Assembly (NCBI GenBank): GCA_030430425.1
Contig: JAUIFS010000001.1
Location: 5,992 to 69,991 of the forward strand
From: a bacterium
GTDB lineage: Bacteria; Patescibacteriota; Minisyncoccia; Phycocordibacterales; UBA918
Direction: 5' to 3'
Length of the DNA stretch: 64,000 nt
Below are positions 17,287 to 26,122 of the stretch, in pieces. How positions within the stretch are numbered: the first letter of the stretch is position 1; every line of letters begins with the position of its first letter. Made by a program: the position numbers and the translations under genes. A model generated the notes under the pieces. The model was not told where the DNA came from, did no database searches, and worked only from the letters and a program-made list of their open reading frames with translations.

Positions 17287-19437
17287 TTACGCTTCTTTGC
17301 GTGGTGGTCGTTCAGGTGGTTGTATTCCCTTGCGTTGTGCAAAGTCGGGGTCGGCTTGCTTGATAGAAAGTCCTATTTTTCCATCTTCAACCTTTGAGAT
17401 AATTACTTCTACCGTTTCTCCTTCAGCGAGTATACCGTCCATTTTTTCGATCCGGAACGGCGCTATTTCAGAAATGTGAATGAGTCCTTCATTTTGTGCA
17501 TCGATTTTTGCAAACGCACCGAAGTCTACAACACGTACAATAGTAGCTTGTACGCGCTCACCCACTTCATACACTTTGGTGAGCGCTTCAATGCGCGCTG
17601 CTGCAGCTTGTGCGGTGCCATTTTTCCCAGTGATGAATACTGAACCGTCGTCTTCAATAGAAATTTCTTCAACCCCGGTTTCTTCTTTGAGAGTATTAAT
17701 GGTTTTTCCTCCAGAACCAATGACTAACCCAATCTGCTCAGGGAGAATGTTAAGCGTTACAATCTCTGGGGCACGGGGCGATATATGCGCACGTGGTTGC
17801 GCAATGGCTGCTTCCATAACGTCAAGAATCTCTAGACGTGCTCGTTTTGCTTTTTCAAGCGCTTCACCAAGAATCTGCACCGGAATACCTTCCACTTTTA
17901 CATCCATCTGGATTGCGGTTACACCTTCACGCGTACCTGCAACCTTAAAGTCCATGTCACCATGTTCGTCCTCAGGTCCTTGAATGTCAGTAAGCAGTGC
18001 GTAGTTATCTTTGTCGTACATCATAAGTCCAGAGGCAATACCTGCAACCGGTCGCTTGATTGGTACCCCGCCATCCATGAGTGCAAGTGTTGAGCCACAC
18101 GCAGATCCCATTGAGCTCGATCCGTTAGATGCCATCGTTTCAGATACAAGGCGGATTGTGTAGGGGAATTCACTTTGCGGAGGAATCACCGGTAAGAGTG
18201 CTTTCTCTGCAAGTGCGCCGTGACCAATCATACGTCGATTGAATCCTCCAACACGACCTGACTCCCCTACTGAAAAAGGTGCGAAGTTGTAGTGGTGGAT
18301 GTATCGCTTTTTACTGTCTTGATTTTCAATAGTATCAATCAGTTGTGCGGACTCAGGTCCTGCGAGTGTCAGTGCGGTGAAGATGTGCGTGCCTCCCCGA
18401 TAGAAAATTCCTGAGCCATGCAGTACTGGTGACACATCACCTGCCTGTGCGTACAGTTCTCGTACGGTATCCATGTCCCGTCCGTCAGCACGTTTCCCCT
18501 CTTCGATTGCGCCGCGGTGTAGCTCCTTGTCTACTTCTTCCTCAAAGTAGTCCGCTGCATGTGCTGCGTTCACTTCTGCATCAATCCTCTCTTCAATTGC
18601 TGCAAGGAATGCATCTTTTAGTGCATAGATATGGTCCTTTCCGGCACGATTAGAAAAGAGCACTTCAGTGAGCTGTATTGCAAACTCGTCTTTGAAAAGA
18701 GTATGCACCGCTTCAGGAAGTTGTGGCGCTTCGTATATTCGCTTTTCTTTTCCAATCTCTGCAATAATTTCTTTTTGCCAAGTTTCCAGTTTCTGATGAA
18801 TCGCAACGCTCGCTTCAAAGACGGCGAGGATGTCACTTTCAGGAACTTCAAAGGCGGCTGTTTCAATCATATTGATGTTGCCGTCTTTTCCGCAGGCAAG
18901 CACCTCAAAAGAAAGCTCATGTTCTTCGCGCTGAAGGTATGTTGGGTTTACAATCACTTCGCCTGTTTCTTTGTGTTGTCCAATACGCACAGCACCAACA
19001 GGTCCAGCCCAAGGAATGTCAGATACAGACAGTGCAAGTGATGCTCCAATAACACCAAGCACGTCGGGGTCGTCTTCTCCCATGGCAAGTACGGTGGTGA
19101 CTACTTGTATGTCGTTGCGCATGCTTTGATCAAACAATGGTCGGATCGTTCGATCGATGATGCGTGCAGAGAGTACTGCCTCATCGCTTGGTCGTCCTTC
19201 TCGTCGCATGAAGCGACTACCGAGCATCTGTCCTGCTGCGTAAAACTTTTCTTCAAACTCTACCGACAGTGGAAAGTACGGCATGTTGCTCGTGCGACTA
19301 CTCATCACTGCAGTGACAAGAATTGCAGTATCCCCCATACGAAGAATCACTGAGCCGTTTGCCTGGTTGGTAAGGTCAGTAAACTCAGCGGTCAATGTTT
19401 TACCCGCAATGTCTACTTCAAAGGTTTTCTTTTGCAT
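17287..19437 (-). CDS. pnp: polyribonucleotide nucleotidyltransferase (PNPase)
   Basis: 716 aa with two RNase PH-like domains, a KH domain and a C-terminal S1 domain (GERVQATIVRVVDFGAFAKI). Confidence 0.95.
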   Translation of the reverse strand: MQKKTFEVDIAGKTLTAEFTDLTNQANGSVILRMGDTAILVTAVMSSRTSNMPYFPLSVEFEEKFYAAGQMLGSRFMRREGRPSDEAVLSARIIDRTIRPLFDQSMRNDIQVVTTVLAMGEDDPDVLGVIGASLALSVSDIPWAGPVGAVRIGQHKETGEVIVNPTYLQREEHELSFEVLACGKDGNINMIETAAFEVPESDILAVFEASVAIHQKLETWQKEIIAEIGKEKRIYEAPQLPEAVHTLFKDEFAIQLTEVLFSNRAGKDHIYALKDAFLAAIEERIDAEVNAAHAADYFEEEVDKELHRGAIEEGKRADGRDMDTVRELYAQAGDVSPVLHGSGIFYRGGTHIFTALTLAGPESAQLIDTIENQDSKKRYIHHYNFAPFSVGESGRVGGFNRRMIGHGALAEKALLPVIPPQSEFPYTIRLVSETMASNGSSSMGSACGSTLALMDGGVPIKRPVAGIASGLMMYDKDNYALLTDIQGPEDEHGDMDFKVAGTREGVTAIQMDVKVEGIPVQILGEALEKAKRARLEILDVMEAAIAQPRAHISPRAPEIVTLNILPEQIGLVIGSGGKTINTLKEETGVEEISIEDDGSVFITGKNGTAQAAAARIEALTKVYEVGERVQATIVRVVDFGAFAKIDAQNEGLIHISEIAPFRIEKMDGILAEGETVEVIISKVEDGKIGLSIKQADPDFAQRKGIQPPERPPRKEA

Positions 19438-19544
19438 TATGAAATTGTATTTATAAGATCTGCAAGTTTCAGATTAGAACACACATGTGTGGTAACCTGC
19501 CTACTTGCAGACCTTTTGAATAACGTACTAACGATACCAATAAA

Positions 19545-19571
19545 GGCTGGAAACGTAAAACGTTTCCAGCC
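19545..19571 (-). promoter_or_regulatory. stem-loop ggctggaaacg-taaaa-cgtttccagcc in pnp leader
   Basis: Perfect 11-bp stem about 110 nt upstream of the pnp start. Candidate RNase III/autoregulatory hairpin, by analogy with rpsO-pnp leaders. Confidence 0.35.
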
Positions 19572-19668
19572 ATATGTTGCAAGCTCCAACTTGTTCCTGT
19601 TGTAAACTTTTGCATGTTTCCTAAACTTTATTTTATTTTCTCCCCACTGTTGTACACAAGGGCATTAA

Positions 19669-19712
19669 CCGTAAACGTTATTTTATCATTAATGATAAAA
19701 TAACGTTTACGG
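19669..19712. repeat. 44-nt perfect palindrome containing core ttatcattaatgataa (copy 1 of 2 in window)
   Basis: ccgtaaacgttattttatcattaatgataaaataacgtttacgg. The same 16-nt core recurs at 52759..52774. Confidence 0.6.
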
Positions 19713-19726
19713 AGTTTCTTCTAAAG

Positions 19727-19756
19727 AAAACCACGGTCATGCATGACCGTGGTTTT
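19727..19756. terminator. 30-nt perfect palindrome aaaaccacggtcatgcatgaccgtggtttt
   Basis: Immediately downstream of the NYN gene stop (19761); A/T-run flanked; bidirectional-terminator-like. Confidence 0.55.
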
Positions 19757-19760
19757 CTTT

Positions 19761-20402
19761 TTATAAATCATCAGTGTCAGTTCCGGTGGTGATCACTTTT
19801 TCTATTTGTGATCGTAGGTTTTCTTTTCCGTGTGACTTTGTCTTGGATGTTGCTTTCTTGCTCGTCTTTTTTCGTGCTGACTTCCCGCGTGGTGCACGGT
19901 AGCCAAGTAGAAAGTTTTTCGGATCTTCGTCGAGGTCGATGAAGTCATCTACTGCAGCGCGGAATGCAGAAGATGCACTGCGGCCGAAGGTGACTCCTTC
20001 TACCTGGCATCCCATGTTTTGAATGTATTCAACACCCGGGATGAAGTCGCCGTCGCCCGTTGCAAAGACAATAGCGTCAACTTTGTGTGCAAGCTTGATA
20101 GCGTCTACCACCATGCCTACGTCCCAGTCAGCTTTTTTTGCTCCACCGTAGAAAATCTGCAGGTCTTTTGTTTTAATCTCGATCCCTACTTTTTCAAGCG
20201 CTTCGAAAAATGGCTGTTCCTCCCCGCTTTCAGTGTTTACCACGTACGCTGCGGCACGAATAAGTTTACGCTCACCAAGTGCCGCTTTCACGACATTGGC
20301 AAAGTTTACTTTTGCTTTGTATAAATTTTTTGCACTATGATACAAGTTTTGTGTATCGATGATGATTGCTACCCGTTGGTCCGGGTGTCTAATTACTCCC
20401 AT
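19761..20402 (-). CDS. NYN-domain (LabA/DUF88-like) predicted ribonuclease with basic C-terminal tail
   Basis: VAIIIDTQNLYHSAKNL... and FATGDGDF motifs of the NYN/PIN-like fold; 213 aa. Confidence 0.7.
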   Translation of the reverse strand: MGVIRHPDQRVAIIIDTQNLYHSAKNLYKAKVNFANVVKAALGERKLIRAAAYVVNTESGEEQPFFEALEKVGIEIKTKDLQIFYGGAKKADWDVGMVVDAIKLAHKVDAIVFATGDGDFIPGVEYIQNMGCQVEGVTFGRSASSAFRAAVDDFIDLDEDPKNFLLGYRAPRGKSARKKTSKKATSKTKSHGKENLRSQIEKVITTGTDTDDL

Positions 20403-20617
20403 AAGTTTTAAAAGTTACGCGCACGATTATTGATCCATATCTTTGTCAGGCTGCGCAAAATTTTCTCGTCGTACCAAGTTAGTACGTCTCGCAAAATCTT
20501 ACTTACCTTCCTCGATCTGCATTCAATACCCGAGCGCTCTAGTATGTTTCTTTTCGTATAAAAATTTGAATCAGTTACGATTCGTACTTCGCAGTGTATC
20601 ACAAAGAGAAACGGTAA

Positions 20618-20642
20618 GCCCCGCGCCTTATAGGCGCGGGGC
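20618..20642 (-). terminator. rpsO terminator hairpin gccccgcgcc-ttata-ggcgcggggc
   Basis: 10-bp GC stem just downstream (minus strand) of the rpsO stop, followed by a T-rich tract. Confidence 0.6.
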
Positions 20643-20658
20643 AAACGTTTCAAGCAGA

Positions 20659-20925
20659 TTAGCGCTTTAGTCCGAGTTTCTTAATAAGACCCTCGTACGC
20701 TTTTTCATCTTTTCGCTGTAGATACTTTAGGTGCTTGCGACGATTCGCAACCATCTGCAGTAGTCCACGACGTGAGTGAAAATCTTTTTTGTGCTTCTTA
20801 AGGTGTTTCGCAAGCTCTTCAATCTGTCGAGTGAGGAGTGCTACCTGTGCTTCAGCAGAACCAGTGTCGGTGTCGTGCTTCTTCACATCCTTAATTGCGT
20901 TTGCTTTTTTTACTTTGCTTAACAT
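20659..20925 (-). CDS. rpsO: 30S ribosomal protein S15
   Basis: 88 aa; [29 protein letters not shown] is a classic S15 sequence. Confidence 0.95.
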   Translation of the reverse strand: MLSKVKKANAIKDVKKHDTDTGSAEAQVALLTRQIEELAKHLKKHKKDFHSRRGLLQMVANRRKHLKYLQRKDEKAYEGLIKKLGLKR

Positions 20926-21121
20926 AGTGTGTTTAAAAAATGCGTATTCTGTAATAGATACGACTTCAATGAAGTCCTACAGAAGTACGCGTACTAACCT
21001 GCGAAGGTTCCGTACACTATAGCACAATTTACATAAATTGCAAGTTATGCCTTTACTTTCACTGCCTGTCAAAGTTATTGTGCGACACTTCTCTTGGTAT
21101 ACTTATATATGTATGAATCCC

Positions 21122-21240
21122 ACCCTTACTTTGCCACAGTGTTGGGTTGGGAAAATAAAACAATTGATATATGTCGAATTCTTATCAAAAATCTAATCAC
21201 TTTGACACGCAAACATTGTTTGTAGTGGCAAAGTAAGGGT
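21122..21240. repeat. 16-bp perfect inverted repeat (acccttactttgccac / gtggcaaagtaagggt) with 87-bp spacer, ending 4 nt before the recombinase start
   Basis: Arms at 21122..21137 and 21225..21240. Confidence 0.6.
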
Positions 21241-21244
21241 CGGG

Positions 21245-22159
21245 ATGAAGCTTTCGCAGCTAAAACGAGAATTTTTAGAATACTTAGAGATTGAACGGGG
21301 GCGTTCGTTGAAGACGGTTGAAAACTATGAACGGTACCTCACAAAGTTTTTAGCATTTGTAAAAACCGACTCCCCTTCTAAACTAACCGAAGAGCAGGTG
21401 CGTGAGTTTCGCCTCTACCTCAACCGACAACCAGGAACAAAAGTTGGTGGTCGCATGGAACCAATGAAGCGAAAGACTCAGAACTACTACTTGATCGCGG
21501 TTCGCGCTTTTTTGAAATACATGCGTAAGCGTGGAATCGAATCGCTCAACCCCGAACGTATTGAGCTTGCGAAAGTAGCAGAGCGTTCACTTGACCTGAT
21601 TACTGCACAAGAACTCGCGCGCCTTATGAAAGCACCTGACCAAAAAACAATTCAGGGGTTGCGTGACTATGCTATTTTGCAACTTCTTTTCTCTACCGGT
21701 TTGCGTATCTCTGAACTTACCGGACTTTCTATCGATGACGTTGACCTTTCGCGTGACGAATTTTCAGTGCGTGGGAAGGGTGAGAAGATCCGCGTGGTCT
21801 TTCTTTCGGAAGAAGCAAAGAAAGCGATTCGGGCATACCTCGGCGCACGGAAGGATATGCATGATGCGCTCTTTATTCAGTATGGGAAAAATGCAAAGAA
21901 CGCTGCTGACCTCCGGCTCTCTCCTCGCGCCGTACAGCGGATGCTCAAAGCCTGCGCAGCTCAGGCAGGTATCACTCGAAAGGTATCGCCACACGTTATT
22001 CGTCACAGCTTCGCAACTGATCTTCTGCAAAATGGTGCAGACCTTCGTTCAGTGCAGGCACTTCTTGGTCATGCAAACATTGCAACCACACAGGTCTACA
22101 CACACGTCACAGATAAGCACTTAGCTGAAGTACATAAAAAGTTTCATAGTAAAAAGTAA
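21245..22159 (+). CDS. tyrosine site-specific recombinase, XerC/XerD-like
   Basis: 304 aa; N-terminal SAM-like core-binding domain; catalytic R...HxxR...Y region (RHSFATDLLQNGADLRSVQALLGHANIATTQVYTHV). Confidence 0.9.
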   Translation: MKLSQLKREFLEYLEIERGRSLKTVENYERYLTKFLAFVKTDSPSKLTEEQVREFRLYLNRQPGTKVGGRMEPMKRKTQNYYLIAVRAFLKYMRKRGIESLNPERIELAKVAERSLDLITAQELARLMKAPDQKTIQGLRDYAILQLLFSTGLRISELTGLSIDDVDLSRDEFSVRGKGEKIRVVFLSEEAKKAIRAYLGARKDMHDALFIQYGKNAKNAADLRLSPRAVQRMLKACAAQAGITRKVSPHVIRHSFATDLLQNGADLRSVQALLGHANIATTQVYTHVTDKHLAEVHKKFHSKK

Positions 22160-22193
22160 GTAGAAGAAGATGAAAAGAAAAACCCGATTACTT

Positions 22194-23540
22194 TTACTCG
22201 GTTTTTTCTTCAGATTCTATAATTTCTGAATCATCTTCAGGGTCGCCAAAGTATTTTTCACTGATCCTGGCTAATTTGTCATATATTTTTACACGAATAT
22301 GTTCTGGTAGTTGGGTGATCAAATCTTGGAACGCTTCGTAGAAAGCGCTATTTTTTGAGAAAGACTTTACTGAAAGCTGGGTTTGTAATTCTTTAACAAG
22401 CAGTCTTCTTTTTTTAAGTTCAATGTTGGGCATATGTTCGGATAGGATATCTACAAATGAATTAGGAAGATATGTACCGTTTTGTACATATTCTTTGAAT
22501 ACACTGTTAAGAATTACCTCTTCAGGGATATCGGCTATGGCGCTGATAAAAGCAATGTATTGTTCTGCAACACACATTTCGTTTGTATAGCCAACTTTTG
22601 TCTCGTGTAAGATACTGTCCAGATACGTGTTTTCAAAGTGATTGCGTGGGCACTGTGTGAGGTACGTTCGTGCCATACGTAGCGAGATCAGCTGTGTTAT
22701 TGCCTCGTTGATTCCCCTTCCTTTTTCTGTGATGTATCTCTCGGTTATTAACACTTGGTCTGACTCTCGAAGGACAAGTGACTGTTCCTCTCTTTCAACT
22801 TGCAGACCGAGAGCCCGGTAGTGAGAGTGGTCTGGCATGCTCGTATTTCCTGTGTCAGTTATTGCGTGGAGCTCTTCATGAATAAGAGAATGTACCGTTT
22901 TGATCCAGCCTAATATATCATCAAAATGTGCCCTTATTTCTTCTTCGTTCTCGTCTAAATAAGTTTGATCCGTAGCCATTGCTCGCACCTCAGTTGTGGT
23001 AACTGGAGGTTTCTTCTCTCCATGAATATGTTGGGCTATCATTTCACGTATCAGACCATGAGATTTTTCTTTAGATTTGGAATGATTCCATTTTATAAAG
23101 ACACGAGTGTGGTTAATATAATTCTGCAATGCAACCAAGTGTTGATCATTATAGAGTATTTGTGCGTTAGTAGATGCCGATTTAGAAAGTTTATATGCAT
23201 TAAGTGTAATAAACTTATTTAAGTTGTAGGTTGCATTAGATGTGTCGGTGTCCTTACCTTTTTCGATTATAATTTTTGCTTTTGGGATAAAGCGATTCAT
23301 GCATGAAATGACTCCCGTTGTTCCAAGGCTCTTACGTAGTTCTTGAAGAAATATATTGCGGACTGCAGTTTCATTTATATCATCTAAGTATCCGGCGATT
23401 TGTTTCATTTCAGGAGTGTCTTCAATTTCTTCAATGGATACATCTAGATCATCAAAAGCAGATTCAGCTTCAGGCGAGTAATTGCCGATAGGTTTTTGAG
23501 GGAAACGTTCACCTTCCATAATGTATTGATTATACCGCAC
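22194..23540 (-). CDS. hypothetical protein (448 aa) with HExxH zinc-metallopeptidase-like motif; AT-rich
   Basis: SLIHEELHAITD is the only recognizable motif. Composition is lower in GC than the flanks; convergent with the recombinase. Confidence 0.6.
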   Translation of the reverse strand: MRYNQYIMEGERFPQKPIGNYSPEAESAFDDLDVSIEEIEDTPEMKQIAGYLDDINETAVRNIFLQELRKSLGTTGVISCMNRFIPKAKIIIEKGKDTDTSNATYNLNKFITLNAYKLSKSASTNAQILYNDQHLVALQNYINHTRVFIKWNHSKSKEKSHGLIREMIAQHIHGEKKPPVTTTEVRAMATDQTYLDENEEEIRAHFDDILGWIKTVHSLIHEELHAITDTGNTSMPDHSHYRALGLQVEREEQSLVLRESDQVLITERYITEKGRGINEAITQLISLRMARTYLTQCPRNHFENTYLDSILHETKVGYTNEMCVAEQYIAFISAIADIPEEVILNSVFKEYVQNGTYLPNSFVDILSEHMPNIELKKRRLLVKELQTQLSVKSFSKNSAFYEAFQDLITQLPEHIRVKIYDKLARISEKYFGDPEDDSEIIESEEKTE

Positions 23541-23572
23541 GACCCGTACAGATATAAAAAGTGCGCCGAAAA

Positions 23573-23950
23573 CTATCGGCGCACTACTCTGTCTCGAGGT
23601 CGGGCGGTAAATCTGTGAAGATACAACACTTCTTCAGTTACTTGGATAAAGTACGCTTGATGTGACGCTCGCTCACCATCTTTAGGGGTGAGCTGTACGC
23701 GATAAAAATCACCCGCTCCCCCATTGCAATGTTTCATGCCGCCAGGGTATGGTCGAATGGAAACTCCTTTCATGTTTTTGAGCGTATCTACAAACAATGC
23801 ATGCTGTTCAGGTTTCACTTCGGGTAGTGTTTTCGTAAGAAAGGTATCTATGCGCTCACGCGTTTCTGCATCTATGTCATCAGGCATAGATATTGCTGCC
23901 AAAACATCTTCCATGTCATCACCTCTGATTTTCTGTGCGTACTTTCGCAA
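23573..23950 (-). CDS. hypothetical 125-aa protein, weak RelE/ParE-toxin-like C-terminal pattern
   Basis: GDFYRVQL...HQAYFIQVTEEVLYLHRFTARPRDR resembles the RelE/ParE pattern (gdyRiiY...v.ilrighR). No adjacent antitoxin-sized ORF. Confidence 0.35.
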   Translation of the reverse strand: MRKYAQKIRGDDMEDVLAAISMPDDIDAETRERIDTFLTKTLPEVKPEQHALFVDTLKNMKGVSIRPYPGGMKHCNGGAGDFYRVQLTPKDGERASHQAYFIQVTEEVLYLHRFTARPRDRVVRR

Positions 23951-23989
23951 ATTGTATAAGGTATGTCAAACACGGTATACTGCCACTAT

Positions 23990-24796
23990 ATGAAAATCTA
24001 CTCATGGAATGTAAATGGCATTCGGGCGGTTGAAAAAAAGGAGATGTTGGCACCTTTTATACAAAAACATAGCCCTGATGTACTGTGTATTCAAGAAACA
24101 AAGGCACAGGAGGACCAGGTTGCTGATATGTTTGCAGAATTATACCCAGCATATGAGCAATATTGGCATTCTGCTGAGCGAAAAGGCTACTCAAGTACTG
24201 CAATTTTCACCAAAATACCTCCCCTTGAAGTCATCTTAGGTATTCCTGATGACTTGAAAAAGAAGTACAAATTGGATGATGCCTACGGAGACACCACCAA
24301 AGAAGGACGTGTATTAACGCTTGAGTTTGAGCATTTCTACCTTTCAACAGTGTATACGCCTAACGCAAAGGATGATTTAAGCCGTATTCCTATGCGTCAG
24401 CAGTGGGATCCTGCATATTTGCAGTACATGCAACGCCTTGAGAAAGAAAAACCCGTTGTTTTTTGCGGTGATTTCAATGTCGCGCATACTGAGATAGACT
24501 TAGCACGTCCAAAACCAAATATGGGCAAAAAAGGCTTCACAGAAGAAGAAAGAGCTGGTTTTGATGCCATGATTGGTGCAGGATACGTTGATAGTTTGCG
24601 GTATTTTCATCCGAAAACACCCGATTTATACACGTGGTGGAGTCATTGGGGTGGCGCACGAGAACGAAACGTTGGGTGGAGGATTGATTATGTGATGGTG
24701 AGTGGCGCACTCACCTCTCTGCTCAAAAACGCTAAAATCCACCCAGATGTCTATGGGAGTGATCATTGTCCGGTATCAATTGATATTTCACTATAA
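23990..24796 (+). CDS. xth: exodeoxyribonuclease III (Xth/APE1 family)
   Basis: MKIYSWNVNGIRA..., QETK, and C-terminal SDHCPV motifs. Start placed at the second in-frame ATG. Confidence 0.85.
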   Translation: MKIYSWNVNGIRAVEKKEMLAPFIQKHSPDVLCIQETKAQEDQVADMFAELYPAYEQYWHSAERKGYSSTAIFTKIPPLEVILGIPDDLKKKYKLDDAYGDTTKEGRVLTLEFEHFYLSTVYTPNAKDDLSRIPMRQQWDPAYLQYMQRLEKEKPVVFCGDFNVAHTEIDLARPKPNMGKKGFTEEERAGFDAMIGAGYVDSLRYFHPKTPDLYTWWSHWGGARERNVGWRIDYVMVSGALTSLLKNAKIHPDVYGSDHCPVSIDISL

Positions 24797-24823
24797 GAAA
24801 ACCCACAGCAAGCGCTGCGGGTT

Positions 24824-25153
24824 TTAAGTTGTGATGGGGTCGAAGTGATTGATTACGTGACTTTTGTCTCGGGCATGTTGCTTTGCACGCTTTGTGACAC
24901 GAGCAAGCTTCTTGCTTGTTCGGTAGGTGCTTCTCCATACGGTTACGAGTGTACAAAAGTGCTCATCTACAACGGCGATGCAAAATTTTTCGCTTTCGAG
25001 AATGAACAAGAGAAGATAGTGGTACTTTTGCTCCTCCCAAACGTCAGTGCCGAGTGTGAAGTAGCTTTGAGTTTCAACAAGATTACGAATGACACAAGGT
25101 GAAACTGCTGCTCGGGAAAGCGCATTGATAGCGCCGTGCCGTGATATTTCCAT
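24824..25153 (-). CDS. hypothetical small protein (109 aa) with good SD
   Basis: aaaggagcctt precedes the ATG at 25153. Two operator-like palindromes lie 150-230 bp upstream. No family recognized. Confidence 0.3.
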   Translation of the reverse strand: MEISRHGAINALSRAAVSPCVIRNLVETQSYFTLGTDVWEEQKYHYLLLFILESEKFCIAVVDEHFCTLVTVWRSTYRTSKKLARVTKRAKQHARDKSHVINHFDPITT

Positions 25154-25294
25154 AAGGCTCCTTTCGGTTCTAACTGCAGTATACGCAGCAGAAAATAAGT
25201 GTCAAATCTATTCCTACAACAACACGATTTACAGCAATGTCAAATGCTAGTATCGATAAGGAGATTACATGGCTTTGTTGAGCCATGAAAACAC

Positions 25295-25322
25295 TTTTTT
25301 AAAATGCGTGTCCTTTATAAAG
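25295..25322. promoter_or_regulatory. perfect palindrome gtgtcctttataaaggacac (operator-like), first of a related pair
   Basis: Shares arms GTCCTTTA/TAAAGGAC with a second palindrome about 55 bp away (about 25349..25380; coordinates approximate). Confidence 0.4.
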
Positions 25323-25348
25323 GACACGCAATATTAGTTTTGCACAGT

Positions 25349-25380
25349 TATACACAAGCTTGTCCTTTACATATCCTTGT
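25349..25380. promoter_or_regulatory. palindrome tgtcctttaca-N6-tgtaaaggaca, second of the pair
   Basis: Same half-site as 25295..25322; followed by the AT-rich tagtatatat. Confidence 0.4.
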
Positions 25381-26122
25381 AAAGGACATAGTATATATGC
25401 AGGCCCAGAGAGGGCGAGCACATACAACAAAATGTAGAGCGCAGAAATGCAATCAACAGAGTATGTCTTAAAGAGCACATTTCACAAAGCAAAATGAGTT
25501 AATACCTCCAACTCTAAAGTTCATAACATCCCACCTAATCTAAGTAAGCACTTGTATAGTGAGTTGCGATGAGGAGAAGAATCAAAAAAGAAGTAGAAGC
25601 GAAGTGATTCCCATCCTCATAGCAGCTCATACACAAGAAAAGTACAAATTTAAACTAGTACGAGCTTACAACAAAGAACCAAAACAATTGGAAGTCCAGA
25701 AGAGAAAAAAAGGACGACCACCTGAGACAAACCGTCTCGATATAGGTTCGCAAAGAAGTAAGGCCCTAGGAAACCGGCAGCGAATGCATCCACACATTAG
25801 CTATCGATTCCCTAGGGTCTTTTTTGAATGAACAAATGCCCAAAGGGCATATTGTGAATTTATGTCCCAATCCCTTCCTTCCCTAGAAGGGATTGCTGGA
25901 CGAGCAAAGTCTAGATGTATCATGAGTCTACATCTAGGTACGGCTTCTAAAAAAATATGTGCCGTTTCCTTCGTACTGCACTCAGAAATAGAGTTATAAA
26001 TAACTCCAAGAATACGGCTTAAAATATAGCGATTGGAAGTTATCCACCGACAAAGACAAAAAGCGCCTATTTAGGCACTTTTTGTGTATTTTATGGCTTT
26101 GATCGCGTAATTTGGGGTTAAT

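Noticed and set aside
20408-20653. 81-aa ORF between the NYN gene and rpsO
   Set aside because: It covers the rpsO terminator hairpin and the NYN upstream region. It has no SD and an implausible composition.
25559-25831. 90-aa ORF (+) in the xth-cca intergenic region
   Set aside because: It has no SD, a highly basic low-complexity translation, and overlaps hairpin elements. It is more likely non-coding.
25150-26122. tmRNA, RNase P RNA or SRP RNA in the long intergenic regions (also 43721..44336)
   Set aside because: By eye there is no tRNA-like TTCGA T-loop plus CCA tail, no GGAAAGTCCGGGCTCC-type P4 motif and no SRP domain IV motif on either strand. These are left as unexplained structured regions rather than called RNA genes.
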